From contig JAIPDR010000053.1 in NCBI GenBank assembly GCA_021737615.1, positions 1-20,125 of the forward strand: a stretch of DNA of 20,125 bases, read 5' to 3'. The stretch's first letter is position 1; every line of letters begins with the position of its first letter. Below are positions 1 through 7,345 of the stretch, piece after piece. The notes under the pieces were generated by a model. It was given only the letters and a program-made list of their open reading frames with translations, ran no database searches and was not told where the DNA came from. This stretch comes from Desulfohalobiaceae bacterium. GTDB lineage: Bacteria > Desulfobacterota > Desulfovibrionia > Desulfovibrionales > Desulfothermaceae. The translations under genes and the position numbers were made by a program.

Positions 1-183
1 TTGAAAGGCTGAAATCAGGGAAACCAGCAGCTCCGGGGCTGAAGTCCCCATGGCCACGACTGTCAGTCCAACCGCCAATTCAGAAATCCCCAGGCGCAGG
101 GCCAATGAGCTCCCCCCTTCCACCAGGGCATAGGCGCCGGCCAGGAGCAGGACCAGGCCGATGAAAAACAGAATGATTGTCAA
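1..183 (-). CDS. N-terminal part of CaxA/YrbG-type Na+/Ca2+ exchanger (TTG start, runs off the window at base 1)
   Basis: Minus frame reads (M)TIILFFIGLVLLLAGAYALVEGGSSLALRLGISELAVGLTVVAMGTSAPELLVSLISAFQ, the conserved alpha-1 region (GLTVVAMGTSAPELLVSL). TTG start at 183 with AGAGG upstream. This frame is not in the supplied ORF track. Confidence 0.8.
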   Translation of the reverse strand, partial: MTIILFFIGLVLLLAGAYALVEGGSSLALRLGISELAVGLTVVAMGTSAPELLVSLISAFQ

Positions 184-198
184 GGGAAACCTCTGTAG

Positions 199-423
199 AT
201 ATTTCCGATTTCCGATTGCCGATTTTTAAAAAAGGCAGACCTGAAATTGCCGATTTTATGAAACACTCATTTAACGCGGTTGATTTCTGGCTGCGGAAAT
301 CCGTGACGCCGCCATAATCGCTGTGAGTTCGTCTGCTTCTTGGCGGAGACTTGCAACCAATTCTTTGTTGAATTGAAGCTTTACTGCTCAAATCGAAAAT
401 TGGCAATCGGAAATCGGAAATAT
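199..423. repeat. Near-perfect 28-bp inverted repeat (arms 199-226 and 396-423) enclosing a four-helix-bundle gene fragment
   Basis: Left arm ATATTTCCGATTTCCGATTGCCGATTTT; reverse complement of right arm ATATTTCCGATTTCCGATTGCCAATTTT. One mismatch, with 22 contiguous identical bases. Confidence 0.85.
271..387 (-). pseudogene. C-terminal fragment of four-helix-bundle / 23S rRNA intervening-sequence-protein-like gene
   Basis: Minus frame: AVKLQFNKELVASLRQEADELTAIMAASRISAARNQPR*. This resembles the family C-terminus (LxxEADELTAIxxxSxxTA). It is preceded by an in-frame stop and has no N-terminal half. Confidence 0.5.
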
Positions 424-454
424 CAAGAATCGCAAATCCAAAATCCAAAATCAA

Positions 455-1312
455 TCATCCCCGGCCCGCCAGGGCCTTGACGGCCTTGGTCTGCTCCAGG
501 AACAGCTGCAGATGAGGAAAGGGAATCTCAATACCGGCCAGATCCAGAGCCTTCTTACATTTTTCCGTGTACTCCCACATCAGGGCGTATTTCATTCCGG
601 GATCTTCCGTCCAGAAGCGAAGCTGCAGGTTGACGCTGCTGTCTCCCAGGCTGGTAACAACGACTGACGGGGCCGGGTCCGGCAAGATCCTCTCATCCCC
701 TTGTATGGTGTTCAGGAGAATGTTCCTGGCCGTATCGATGTCCTCCTTATACGCTATGCCGATGGACATGCGCACCCGCGACTTCGGAGTCAGGGTGTAG
801 TTGATCACCCGTTCCTGGGCCAACTGCTTGTTGGGGACCACCACGGTTTCATTGTCAAAGGTCGTGAGTATGGTGGTTCGCAGCCGTATCTGGGATACCG
901 AGGCGTGCATGTCGCCTATGGATATCCAGTCGCCCTCCTTGAAGGGACGGTCGATGATGATGGCCACCCCGGAAATCAGATTGGCGATGGTGTCCTGCGC
1001 CGCAAAGGACAGGGCCAGACCGGCAATACCTACACCGGCGATCAGTGAGCCCACGTTGATCGAAAGCTGCCCGGCTACGGTCAGAAAGGCAAAAACAAAC
1101 AGGGCATATCTGGCAAAGCGGAGAATGAGATTGACGGCCTGCGGAGAAACCGTGGTCTTGGCCAGGGCGGTGGAAGTGGTTTTCTGGATAACTTTGTTCA
1201 CGATCCAGAACAAGATGATCAAGAAAACGGCCCCAATGACATTGGGGACATATTCCGCGATCCGGGTCATCAAAGATTGCAGGTCAATGGCTTGAAGCAT
1301 ACGTTCGAACAT
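455..1312 (-). CDS. MscS-family small-conductance mechanosensitive channel
   Basis: 285 aa; N-terminal TM segments, VGSLIAGVGIAGLALSFAAQDTIANLISGVAIIIDRPFKEGDWI pore/beta domain, VPNKQLAQERVINYT. Strong RBS AAAAGGAGGCTCTCATG at 1312. Confidence 0.93.
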   Translation of the reverse strand: MFERMLQAIDLQSLMTRIAEYVPNVIGAVFLIILFWIVNKVIQKTTSTALAKTTVSPQAVNLILRFARYALFVFAFLTVAGQLSINVGSLIAGVGIAGLALSFAAQDTIANLISGVAIIIDRPFKEGDWISIGDMHASVSQIRLRTTILTTFDNETVVVPNKQLAQERVINYTLTPKSRVRMSIGIAYKEDIDTARNILLNTIQGDERILPDPAPSVVVTSLGDSSVNLQLRFWTEDPGMKYALMWEYTEKCKKALDLAGIEIPFPHLQLFLEQTKAVKALAGRG

Positions 1313-1404
1313 GAGAGCCTCCTTTTAGTCACTTACAAACTTTAGGTGTACAGGGCTTGACATTTTGCAACGAAAATGCAAATTTTCAAAAAAGAGGCGA
1401 AAAC

Positions 1405-1786
1405 ATGGTCAATCCGTACATCCAACGCTCTCTGGAGCCGGTTATCAGCAAGGCTGCCGCTCAATTCCCGGCAGTAATCCTGACCGGCCCCCGACAGTCC
1501 GGGAAAACAACCCTGCTCAAACACCTCTTTGGCTTGCAGTATCGATATGTATCCCTGGAAGCCCCTGATTTTCGCGGATCAGCCCAGGAAGATCCGCGCA
1601 GCTTTCTTGAAATTCACGCCCCGCCTGTTATTTTCGGCAACACCCCGTCCGGCTATGGCCTCAGCCCTGAAATCCTTTCACAAGGATTTTCCGAACAAAA
1701 CCCGGCCTGAGTATGTCATCCACCCGGGTGAAGCCTGCTTGCCTCTGGGTCAAAACATAATGGCCCTTCCTTTTGCGCGGCTGTAA
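1405..1786 (+). pseudogene. Internally deleted and frameshifted remnant of an AAA ATPase/DUF4143 family gene
   Basis: Starts MVNPYIQRSLEPVISKAAAQFPAVILTGPRQSGKTTLLKHLF...YVSLEAPD (Walker A). After about 80 codons the frame moves to KSFHKDFPNKTRPEYVIHPGEACLPLGQNIMALPFARL*, the typical family C-terminus. The central ATPase and DUF4143 regions are absent. Confidence 0.75.
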
Positions 1787-1818
1787 AATCAAGAGTCAAT
1801 TCCTTTAGGCACTTTAGT

Positions 1819-4800
1819 TCATTTATCAACTTGAGGCACTTCTTCTCTCCCGTCCAGCACCTCCCTCACTTTTCCGGCGATACCTTCCCGCTGAAAGGGT
1901 TTCATGAGTACGGCCCGGATCCCCTTTTCCTTGAGATTCTCCCTGGTAATCCGTTCGCTGAATCCAGTGCAGATGATCACGGGTAGATCCGGCCGGATGG
2001 CCAGCAACCGCAGGGTCAAGTCCTCCCCGGTCATCTGCGGCATGTCCATGTCGGTGATAACCAGATCAAAGGCTTCCGGGTCTGCGGCAAAGACCTCCAG
2101 GGCCTCGAGACTCCCGGTTCGGGCCTCGACCCGATAACCGAGGCCCTCGAGCATCCGCCTGCCGATTCGGACAATGGAGGGTTCGTCGTCCACCAGGAGA
2201 ATACGTTCGGTTCCGGCCTGGAGGGAGGCTTCCGGTTTGGATCGAGGGCCTTCTTCCGCCTCGAGTGCCGGCAGGTAAACCCGAAAGGTCGAGCCCCGGC
2301 CCGGCTCGCTATAGACCGAGATCATGCCTCCGTGCTCCTTGACAATGCCATAGGCCGTGGACAGGCCCAAACCGGTGCCCTTGTGTTTGTCCTTGGTGGT
2401 AAAGAAAGGTTCGAAGATCCGCTGCCTGACCTCCGGCGACATGCCGGGGCCGGTATCGCTGACGGTCAGACGAAGATATTCGCCCGGCTCCATATCGGCA
2501 TCCCGCTTTGTGAATCCTGCATCCAGGTCCGTGACCGAGAGTCCAATCTCAAGAACACCCCCGGTCTCGGCCATGGCCTGGGCCGCGTTGGTGCAGAGAT
2601 TCATCAAGACCTGATGCAGCTGGGAGGGATCACCGGAAACCAAGGGCAGATTCCCCTGAATTTCCCGGCGAATCTCAATGCCGGCCGACAGCGTGGCCTG
2701 GAGCATCTTCACGCTTTCTTTGACCAGGGCCTGGAGTTCCACTGGTTCTTTGTCTCCTTTTTGTTTTCGACTGAAAGCCAAGATCCGCTGCACCAGATCC
2801 GCAGCCCGGTTTCCGGCTTTGAGGATCTCATGCAGATCCCGATGAACCGGGCTGCCCGGTTTGGCCTCCGCAGCGGCCAGCTGGGCCGTGCCAATGATTG
2901 CGGTCAAAATATTGTTGAAATCATGAGCGATACCCCCGGCCAGGGTGCCGATGGCCTCCATTTTCTGGGCCTGCAGAAGTTTGACTTCCAGGTCCTGTTT
3001 CTCCTGTTCAGCCATTTTCCAGTCCGTGATATCACGGGCCAGGCCCTGTACACCCAGGACCTTGCCCAGAGCGTCTTTGCGCAGGGCGGCATTGGTGGAG
3101 ACCCAGACCAGGGAGCCGTCCCGGGCGGGCATTTCCGCCTGAAAATCCTTGAGTTCCCCGGTTTCTTGCAGCGCCGCCAGAAGATCCTCCCGCTGCTCAG
3201 GAATGCGGTAAAATCGAGACATTTGCTCGCCCAGAACCTCTTCCGGGGCATAGCCCAGGATATCCCTAACCGACGGAGAAATAACCGTGATGCGGCCCTT
3301 AGCGTCCGTACGGTAAAAAATGTCCGTGATACTGTAAAAAATATCCTGATATTCCTGCCGGCTTTGCCGCAGAGATCGTTCCATGTCTTTGCGCCGGCTG
3401 ATGTCCTGAACCATGACCTGCACGGCCGGCTGGCCCTCGTAGCTCAGGGCCGTGGCCATGACCTCGACGTCGATGGCCTGCCCGTCCAGGCGGACATAAC
3501 GGTCTTCCACCGGATAGAGACCGGTCTCCCCGGCCAGCATGCGCCGGATTCTGTCCCTTGCCGCGTCCCAATTGTCCGGGTGAATGATCTCCTTGATCGG
3601 CTTGCCCATAAGCTCTTCCGGGGAAGCGGCCCCGATGATCTCCGCCCCGGCCTGATTGCTGAAAACCACCCGTCCCCCGGCATGCACGCAGATCCCCACC
3701 GGCGAGACCTCGATCAGGTTGCGGTAGCGGGCCTCACTCTCCTGGAGCAATTGCTCGGCCTTTTTCAAGCTGCTGATATCGGTGTGGGTGCCGACCACCC
3801 GGACCGCCTTTCCCTGCTCATCATACGAAAAAACCTTGCCCCGGCCCAGGATCCACTTCCAGTGCCCGGATTTCGTCTCCAGCCTGAACTCTTTTTCAAA
3901 AGGCTCGGATTTCTGTGCAATGTGCTCAAGAATGCCTGCCTCGACACCTGCTCTGTCCTCCGGATGCAAAAGACCGGCCCAGGTCTCGTAGCTCTGGGGC
4001 AGCTCATAAGGCGTATAGCCGAGCATGGTGAAATAGCGAGGACTGAAATAGACCTCCCCGGTCCGGACATTCCAGTCCCAGAGGCCGTCATTACTGGCTT
4101 CCAGGGCAAAGGTGAGGCGCTCTTCACTTTTTTTCAGGGCCTCTTCCATGTCAATTTTTTCAGTGACATCCTCGGCCACCTTCACGAAATGAGTGATCGA
4201 GCCGTCTTCAGCAAACATGGGTGAGATGGAGGCCTGCTCCCAATAGAACTTATCATTTTTTTTCCGGTTAGAGAACATCCCCCGCCACTCCCGCCCTGAG
4301 AGCAGGGCCTCAAGCATTTCTTCAGCCTCTTTCTCCGATTGTTCACCCAATTCCATGGCCTTCCGGCCCAGAATCTCTGCGGCGGTATAGCCAGTTATTT
4401 GCTCAAACTTGGGATTCACGTACTCAATGTTGCCTTCACCATCGGTGATCATGACGATGTTCGGGCTTTGTTCGACGGCAGCGGACAATTTTCGAATTTC
4501 TCTCTCCGCCTCCTTGCGCCTGGCCAGCTCCGCCTCCAGGTCCTGCATCTTCTTTTCCAGCTTCTGTACCAAGCGCTGGCTGTAGAGTTTGTAGGTCTCT
4601 TCTTCTGCTCGCTGAGCCGGCTGACCCGGCTCAAGGCCTCGGGCCTCGGCTTCCTCCATCACCGCCTGGACTGCCTTGAGGAAATCGTTCGGCTGCATCG
4701 GCTTGCGCAGGAAGCGGTCCGCCCCCAGCTTAAGGGCAAAAGTCTCGTCCTTGTCGTCCACATACGTGGCCGTGTAAAAGATGAAAGGAATGTTTCGCAG

Positions 4801-5013
4801 GGCCTCGTTGCCCTTGCAGTGCTTGCAGAGCTGGAATCCGTCCATGACCGGCATGAGGATGTCGGCAATGATCAGGTCAAAGGGCTCGGCCTGGAGTTTG
4901 TCCAGGGCTTCCTGGCCGTTTGCAGCCGTGACGGTCTCATACCCCTTGGCCTGGAACATGGTCTGGAGCAGGTAGAGGTTTTCCAGCTTGTCGTCGACGA
5001 TGAGGGCCTTCAT
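1819..5013 (-). CDS. Hybrid sensor histidine kinase: REC - coiled coil - 4x PAS - HisKA - HATPase_c - REC
   Basis: MKALIVDDKLENLYLLQTMFQAKGYETVTAANG; PAS segments (e.g. ITDGEGNIEYVNPKFEQITGYT, YRTDAKGRITVISPSVRDILGY); HisKA MEAIGTLAGGIAHDFNNILTAI; DTGPGMSPEVRQRIFEPFFTTKDKHKGTGLGLSTAYGIV; C-terminal ERILLVDDEPSIVRIGRRMLE. GGAG RBS before 5013. Confidence 0.95.
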   Translation of the reverse strand: MKALIVDDKLENLYLLQTMFQAKGYETVTAANGQEALDKLQAEPFDLIIADILMPVMDGFQLCKHCKGNEALRNIPFIFYTATYVDDKDETFALKLGADRFLRKPMQPNDFLKAVQAVMEEAEARGLEPGQPAQRAEEETYKLYSQRLVQKLEKKMQDLEAELARRKEAEREIRKLSAAVEQSPNIVMITDGEGNIEYVNPKFEQITGYTAAEILGRKAMELGEQSEKEAEEMLEALLSGREWRGMFSNRKKNDKFYWEQASISPMFAEDGSITHFVKVAEDVTEKIDMEEALKKSEERLTFALEASNDGLWDWNVRTGEVYFSPRYFTMLGYTPYELPQSYETWAGLLHPEDRAGVEAGILEHIAQKSEPFEKEFRLETKSGHWKWILGRGKVFSYDEQGKAVRVVGTHTDISSLKKAEQLLQESEARYRNLIEVSPVGICVHAGGRVVFSNQAGAEIIGAASPEELMGKPIKEIIHPDNWDAARDRIRRMLAGETGLYPVEDRYVRLDGQAIDVEVMATALSYEGQPAVQVMVQDISRRKDMERSLRQSRQEYQDIFYSITDIFYRTDAKGRITVISPSVRDILGYAPEEVLGEQMSRFYRIPEQREDLLAALQETGELKDFQAEMPARDGSLVWVSTNAALRKDALGKVLGVQGLARDITDWKMAEQEKQDLEVKLLQAQKMEAIGTLAGGIAHDFNNILTAIIGTAQLAAAEAKPGSPVHRDLHEILKAGNRAADLVQRILAFSRKQKGDKEPVELQALVKESVKMLQATLSAGIEIRREIQGNLPLVSGDPSQLHQVLMNLCTNAAQAMAETGGVLEIGLSVTDLDAGFTKRDADMEPGEYLRLTVSDTGPGMSPEVRQRIFEPFFTTKDKHKGTGLGLSTAYGIVKEHGGMISVYSEPGRGSTFRVYLPALEAEEGPRSKPEASLQAGTERILLVDDEPSIVRIGRRMLEGLGYRVEARTGSLEALEVFAADPEAFDLVITDMDMPQMTGEDLTLRLLAIRPDLPVIICTGFSERITRENLKEKGIRAVLMKPFQREGIAGKVREVLDGREEVPQVDK

Positions 5014-5028
5014 GCGCTCTCCATATCA

Positions 5029-5212
5029 CATTTTGGATTTTGGATTGCGGACCTTCGGATTTTGGCCTATGCCCCGGCTTCCGTCTAGTAGAGCCTACAG
5101 CTCGAAGAGAAGGATTGCGGATAGATTTCAAGAAGAAAATTTTGGTTTTTTCTCATAATAACCAGCTCTTATTCTTCATCTTAACGATCCAAAATCCGCA
5201 ATCCAAAATCCT
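5029..5212. repeat. R1 inverted arm pair in the HD-GYP / hybrid kinase gap (5029-5060 and 5186-5212)
   Basis: CATTTTGGATTTTGGATTGCGG on the left versus GATCCAAAATCCGCAATCCAAAATCC on the right. Confidence 0.8.
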
Positions 5213-6338
5213 AAAAGCTGCCGGCATCGAAAGAAAAGCCTTTGTCCAGATACAGCCTGAGGCAGGCATCCACTGCTCCTGGATCGTACCTGATGCCCCG
5301 GCCCTGCTCGATCTCCTCCAATGCCTGATCCAAATCCAAGGCCGTACGGTAGGGCCGATGAGAGGTCATGGCCTCGACCACGTCGGCCACGGCCATGATA
5401 CGGGCTTCCAACAAGATATCCTTTTCGGACAGGCCCTGGGGATAACCGGAGCCATCCAGTCGCTCGTGATGCTGGAACACGGTCCGGGCGATGGGCCAGG
5501 GGAAGTCGATGTCCTTCAGGATGTCATAACCCGTCTGGGAATGGTTTTGAATCAGGCTGTATTCCATATCTGACAAGCGGACTGATTTGGATAGGATTTC
5601 CGCAGGCACCGCGATCTTTCCAAGATCGTGGATCATGCCTGCCAGAGAGACTCCCTTTTTCTGTTGTTCAGGAAGGGCCAATTCCCCGGCAATGGCCCGG
5701 GCGAGCCTGGCGACGCGGCTCTGGTGCCCGGATGTATAAGGGTCACGCAATTCGACCATTCTGGCGGTGGCCTTGACTGTTCCCTCCAAGGCCTTCCACA
5801 GTTGGGCATGAGCTTTCTGTAGGTTCTCCTCCGCTTGCTTGCGGCCGGCCAGCTCCACTTCCAGATCCTGCATCTTCTGTTCCAGCTTCTGCACCAAGCG
5901 CTGGCTGTAGAGTTTGTAGGTCTCTTCTTCTGCTCGCTGGGCCGGCTGGCCCGGCTCAAGGCCTCGGGCCTCGGCTTCCTCCATCACCGCCTGGGCTGCC
6001 CCGAGAAAGCCGTTCGGCTGCATGGGCTTGCGCAGGAAGCGGTCCGCACCCAGCTTCAAAGCAAAGGCCTCGTCTTTTTCATCCACATACGTGGCCGTGT
6101 AAAAGATGAAAGGAATGTTTCGCAGGGCCTCGTCGCCCTTGCAGTGCTTGCAGAGCTGAAATCCGTCCATGACCGGCATCAGGATGTCGGCAATGATCAG
6201 GTCAAAGGGCTCGGCCTGGAGTTTGTCCAGGGCTTCCTGGCCGTTTGCAGCCGTGACGGTCTCATACCCCTTGGCCTGGAACATGGTCTGGAGCAGGTAG
6301 AGGTTTTCCGGCTTGTCGTCGACGAGGAGGATTTTCAT
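5211..6338 (-). CDS. Response regulator: REC - HD-GYP (c-di-GMP phosphodiesterase family); preferred start 6338 rather than 6377
   Basis: MKILLVDDKPENLYLLQ...; HD-GYP signatures HDLGKIAVPAEIL, NHSQTGYDIL, HHERLDGSGYPQGL, RIMAVADVVEAMTSHRPYR. Confidence 0.93.
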   Translation of the reverse strand: MKILLVDDKPENLYLLQTMFQAKGYETVTAANGQEALDKLQAEPFDLIIADILMPVMDGFQLCKHCKGDEALRNIPFIFYTATYVDEKDEAFALKLGADRFLRKPMQPNGFLGAAQAVMEEAEARGLEPGQPAQRAEEETYKLYSQRLVQKLEQKMQDLEVELAGRKQAEENLQKAHAQLWKALEGTVKATARMVELRDPYTSGHQSRVARLARAIAGELALPEQQKKGVSLAGMIHDLGKIAVPAEILSKSVRLSDMEYSLIQNHSQTGYDILKDIDFPWPIARTVFQHHERLDGSGYPQGLSEKDILLEARIMAVADVVEAMTSHRPYRTALDLDQALEEIEQGRGIRYDPGAVDACLRLYLDKGFSFDAGSF

Positions 6339-6370
6339 AAGAAGTGCCTCAAGTTGTTTTACATTGTGAA

Positions 6371-6702
6371 TCTCCACATTTTGGATTTTGGATTGCGGAA
6401 TTCAGAGTCATGATTTTGAGACTATTTGCTTTTTCTCGCGGTTTTTATCGAAGATACGATTATTGCGATAATTTCATCGTTTTCTTTCATGAGAGCAGGT
6501 ACCGAGTTCGTTTCAAGAATTTTCATCTCCTCTATGATCTCAAGCCAAAACAATGTTTCATCGGCTTCTTCTTCCACTATGGCCAATTTTGAAATAAAAT
6601 CAGCTACAACACCATCCTCCAATCTTCATTCCCCAATCCCTCAGGGGCTTAGTCCAAAGTCCACTTCCCCAATCCAAAATCCGCAATCCAAAATCACAGA
6701 TA
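6371..6702. repeat. R1 inverted arms flanking the four-helix-bundle fragment (6371-6402 and 6638-6702)
   Basis: TCCACATTTTGGATTTTGGATTGCGGAATTC on the left; CCAATCCAAAATCCGCAATCCAAAATCAC on the right. Confidence 0.8.
6422..6622 (-). pseudogene. N-terminally truncated four-helix-bundle / 23S rRNA intervening-sequence-protein-like gene
   Basis: MEDGVVADFISKLAIVEEEADETLFWLEIIEEMKILETNSVPALMKENDEIIAIIVSSIKTARKSK* matches only the C-terminal half of the family (DFISKLxIxxxEAxETxYWLxLL...ELxxIxxSSIKTAKxN). The upstream sequence is R1 repeat. Confidence 0.7.
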
Positions 6703-7143
6703 TCGCCTGACCTCGTCCACAAACGATCCGGTATCAATCGGTTTTTCAATATAGCCGTCACAGCCGGCCGCAAAGGTCTTTTCCCGATCGCCCTTCATGG
6801 CATAGGCGGTCATGGCCACTACAGGCATACGCTTCATTTTGGATTTTGGATCTTGGATTTTGGATTCTTCTTTATTCTGTAATCCGGATTCCAAATTCCG
6901 AATTCGCCTCGTGGCCTCATACCCGTCCAGTTTGGGCAACTGCATATCCATCAGAACCAAATCGGGCTTCTTTTGAATGGCCTTTTGCACGCCCTCCTCT
7001 CCATCCCTGGCCTCCAAGACTTCAAAGCCGGCAATTTCCAGTAGAAATCTGGCCAGATACAAGTTTTTCTCCTCATCCTCAACGATCAAGACCTTCTTAT
7101 TCTGCGGCGAAAAATCAGGATTATAGCCCTTGGTGTTCATCAT
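6694..7143 (-). CDS. Receiver-only (DivK-like) response regulator carrying a repeat-derived insert; start 7143 or 7140 (track start 7158)
   Basis: KKVLIVEDEEKNLYLARFLLEIAGFEVLEARDGEEGVQKAIQKKPDLVLMDMQLPKLDGYEATRRIRN...MPVVAMTAYAMKGDREKTFAAGCDGYIEKPID. Confidence 0.88.
   Translation of the reverse strand: MMNTKGYNPDFSPQNKKVLIVEDEEKNLYLARFLLEIAGFEVLEARDGEEGVQKAIQKKPDLVLMDMQLPKLDGYEATRRIRNLESGLQNKEESKIQDPKSKMKRMPVVAMTAYAMKGDREKTFAAGCDGYIEKPIDTGSFVDEVRRYL
6834..6906. repeat. R1 repeat cluster inside the receiver CDS
   Basis: CATTTTGGATTTTGGATCTTGGATTTTGGATTCTTC...AATCCGGATTCCAAATTCCGAATTCG, in frame in the gene. Confidence 0.85.
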
Positions 7144-7224
7144 GCTCCATCCTTTCATTTTCTTGACTTTATCAACAAATATTAAACAGAATCCCGATTA
7201 TTTTCTCATAATAGTTATTTCCGT

Positions 7225-7345
7225 AAGTGCCTAAAATTAAGCGTTCTGTGTTTCATCGTTTCCCTATTGTCAATGTCTTCCTCTTCCAATTCTGCCAACT
7301 TTAGACACTTTCGTTCACTTACAAACTTGAGTCACTTCGTCTCCC
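7225..7345. repeat. R2 inverted pair (AAGTGCCTAAAATT at 7225; CAACTTTAGACACTTTCGTTCACTTACAAACTTGAGTCACTTC at 7296-7338)
   Basis: Right arm is a degenerate tandem of the same unit and contains the stop codon of the 7319 gene. Confidence 0.7.

Noticed and set aside
199-423. Inverted repeat as an intrinsic terminator for the CaxA/MscS region
   Set aside because: The arms are AT-rich and separated by about 170 bp with no U-tract adjacent to a GC stem; not a canonical rho-independent terminator.
80-454. 124-aa minus-strand ORF
   Set aside because: Reads through the inverted repeat and the wrong frame of the CaxA start and the four-helix fragment; its sequence is repeat-derived (MILDFGFAILDISDFRLPIFD).
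1405-1786. Functional small ATPase encoded on the plus strand
   Set aside because: No Walker B or DUF4143 core, and a frame change is needed between the N- and C-terminal parts.
2332-4224. 630-aa plus-strand ORF antisense to the hybrid kinase
   Set aside because: It mirrors the GC-rich coding strand of a convincing kinase gene and has no recognisable domain; likely an antisense codon-bias artefact.
271-6622. Diversity-generating retroelement accessory protein (Avd) based on four-helix-bundle similarity
   Set aside because: No reverse transcriptase or template/variable repeat pair is visible; both copies are truncated fragments.
6834-6906. Possible CRISPR-like array in the R1/R2 repeats
   Set aside because: Units are short, tandem and lack regular unique spacers; no cas genes in the window.
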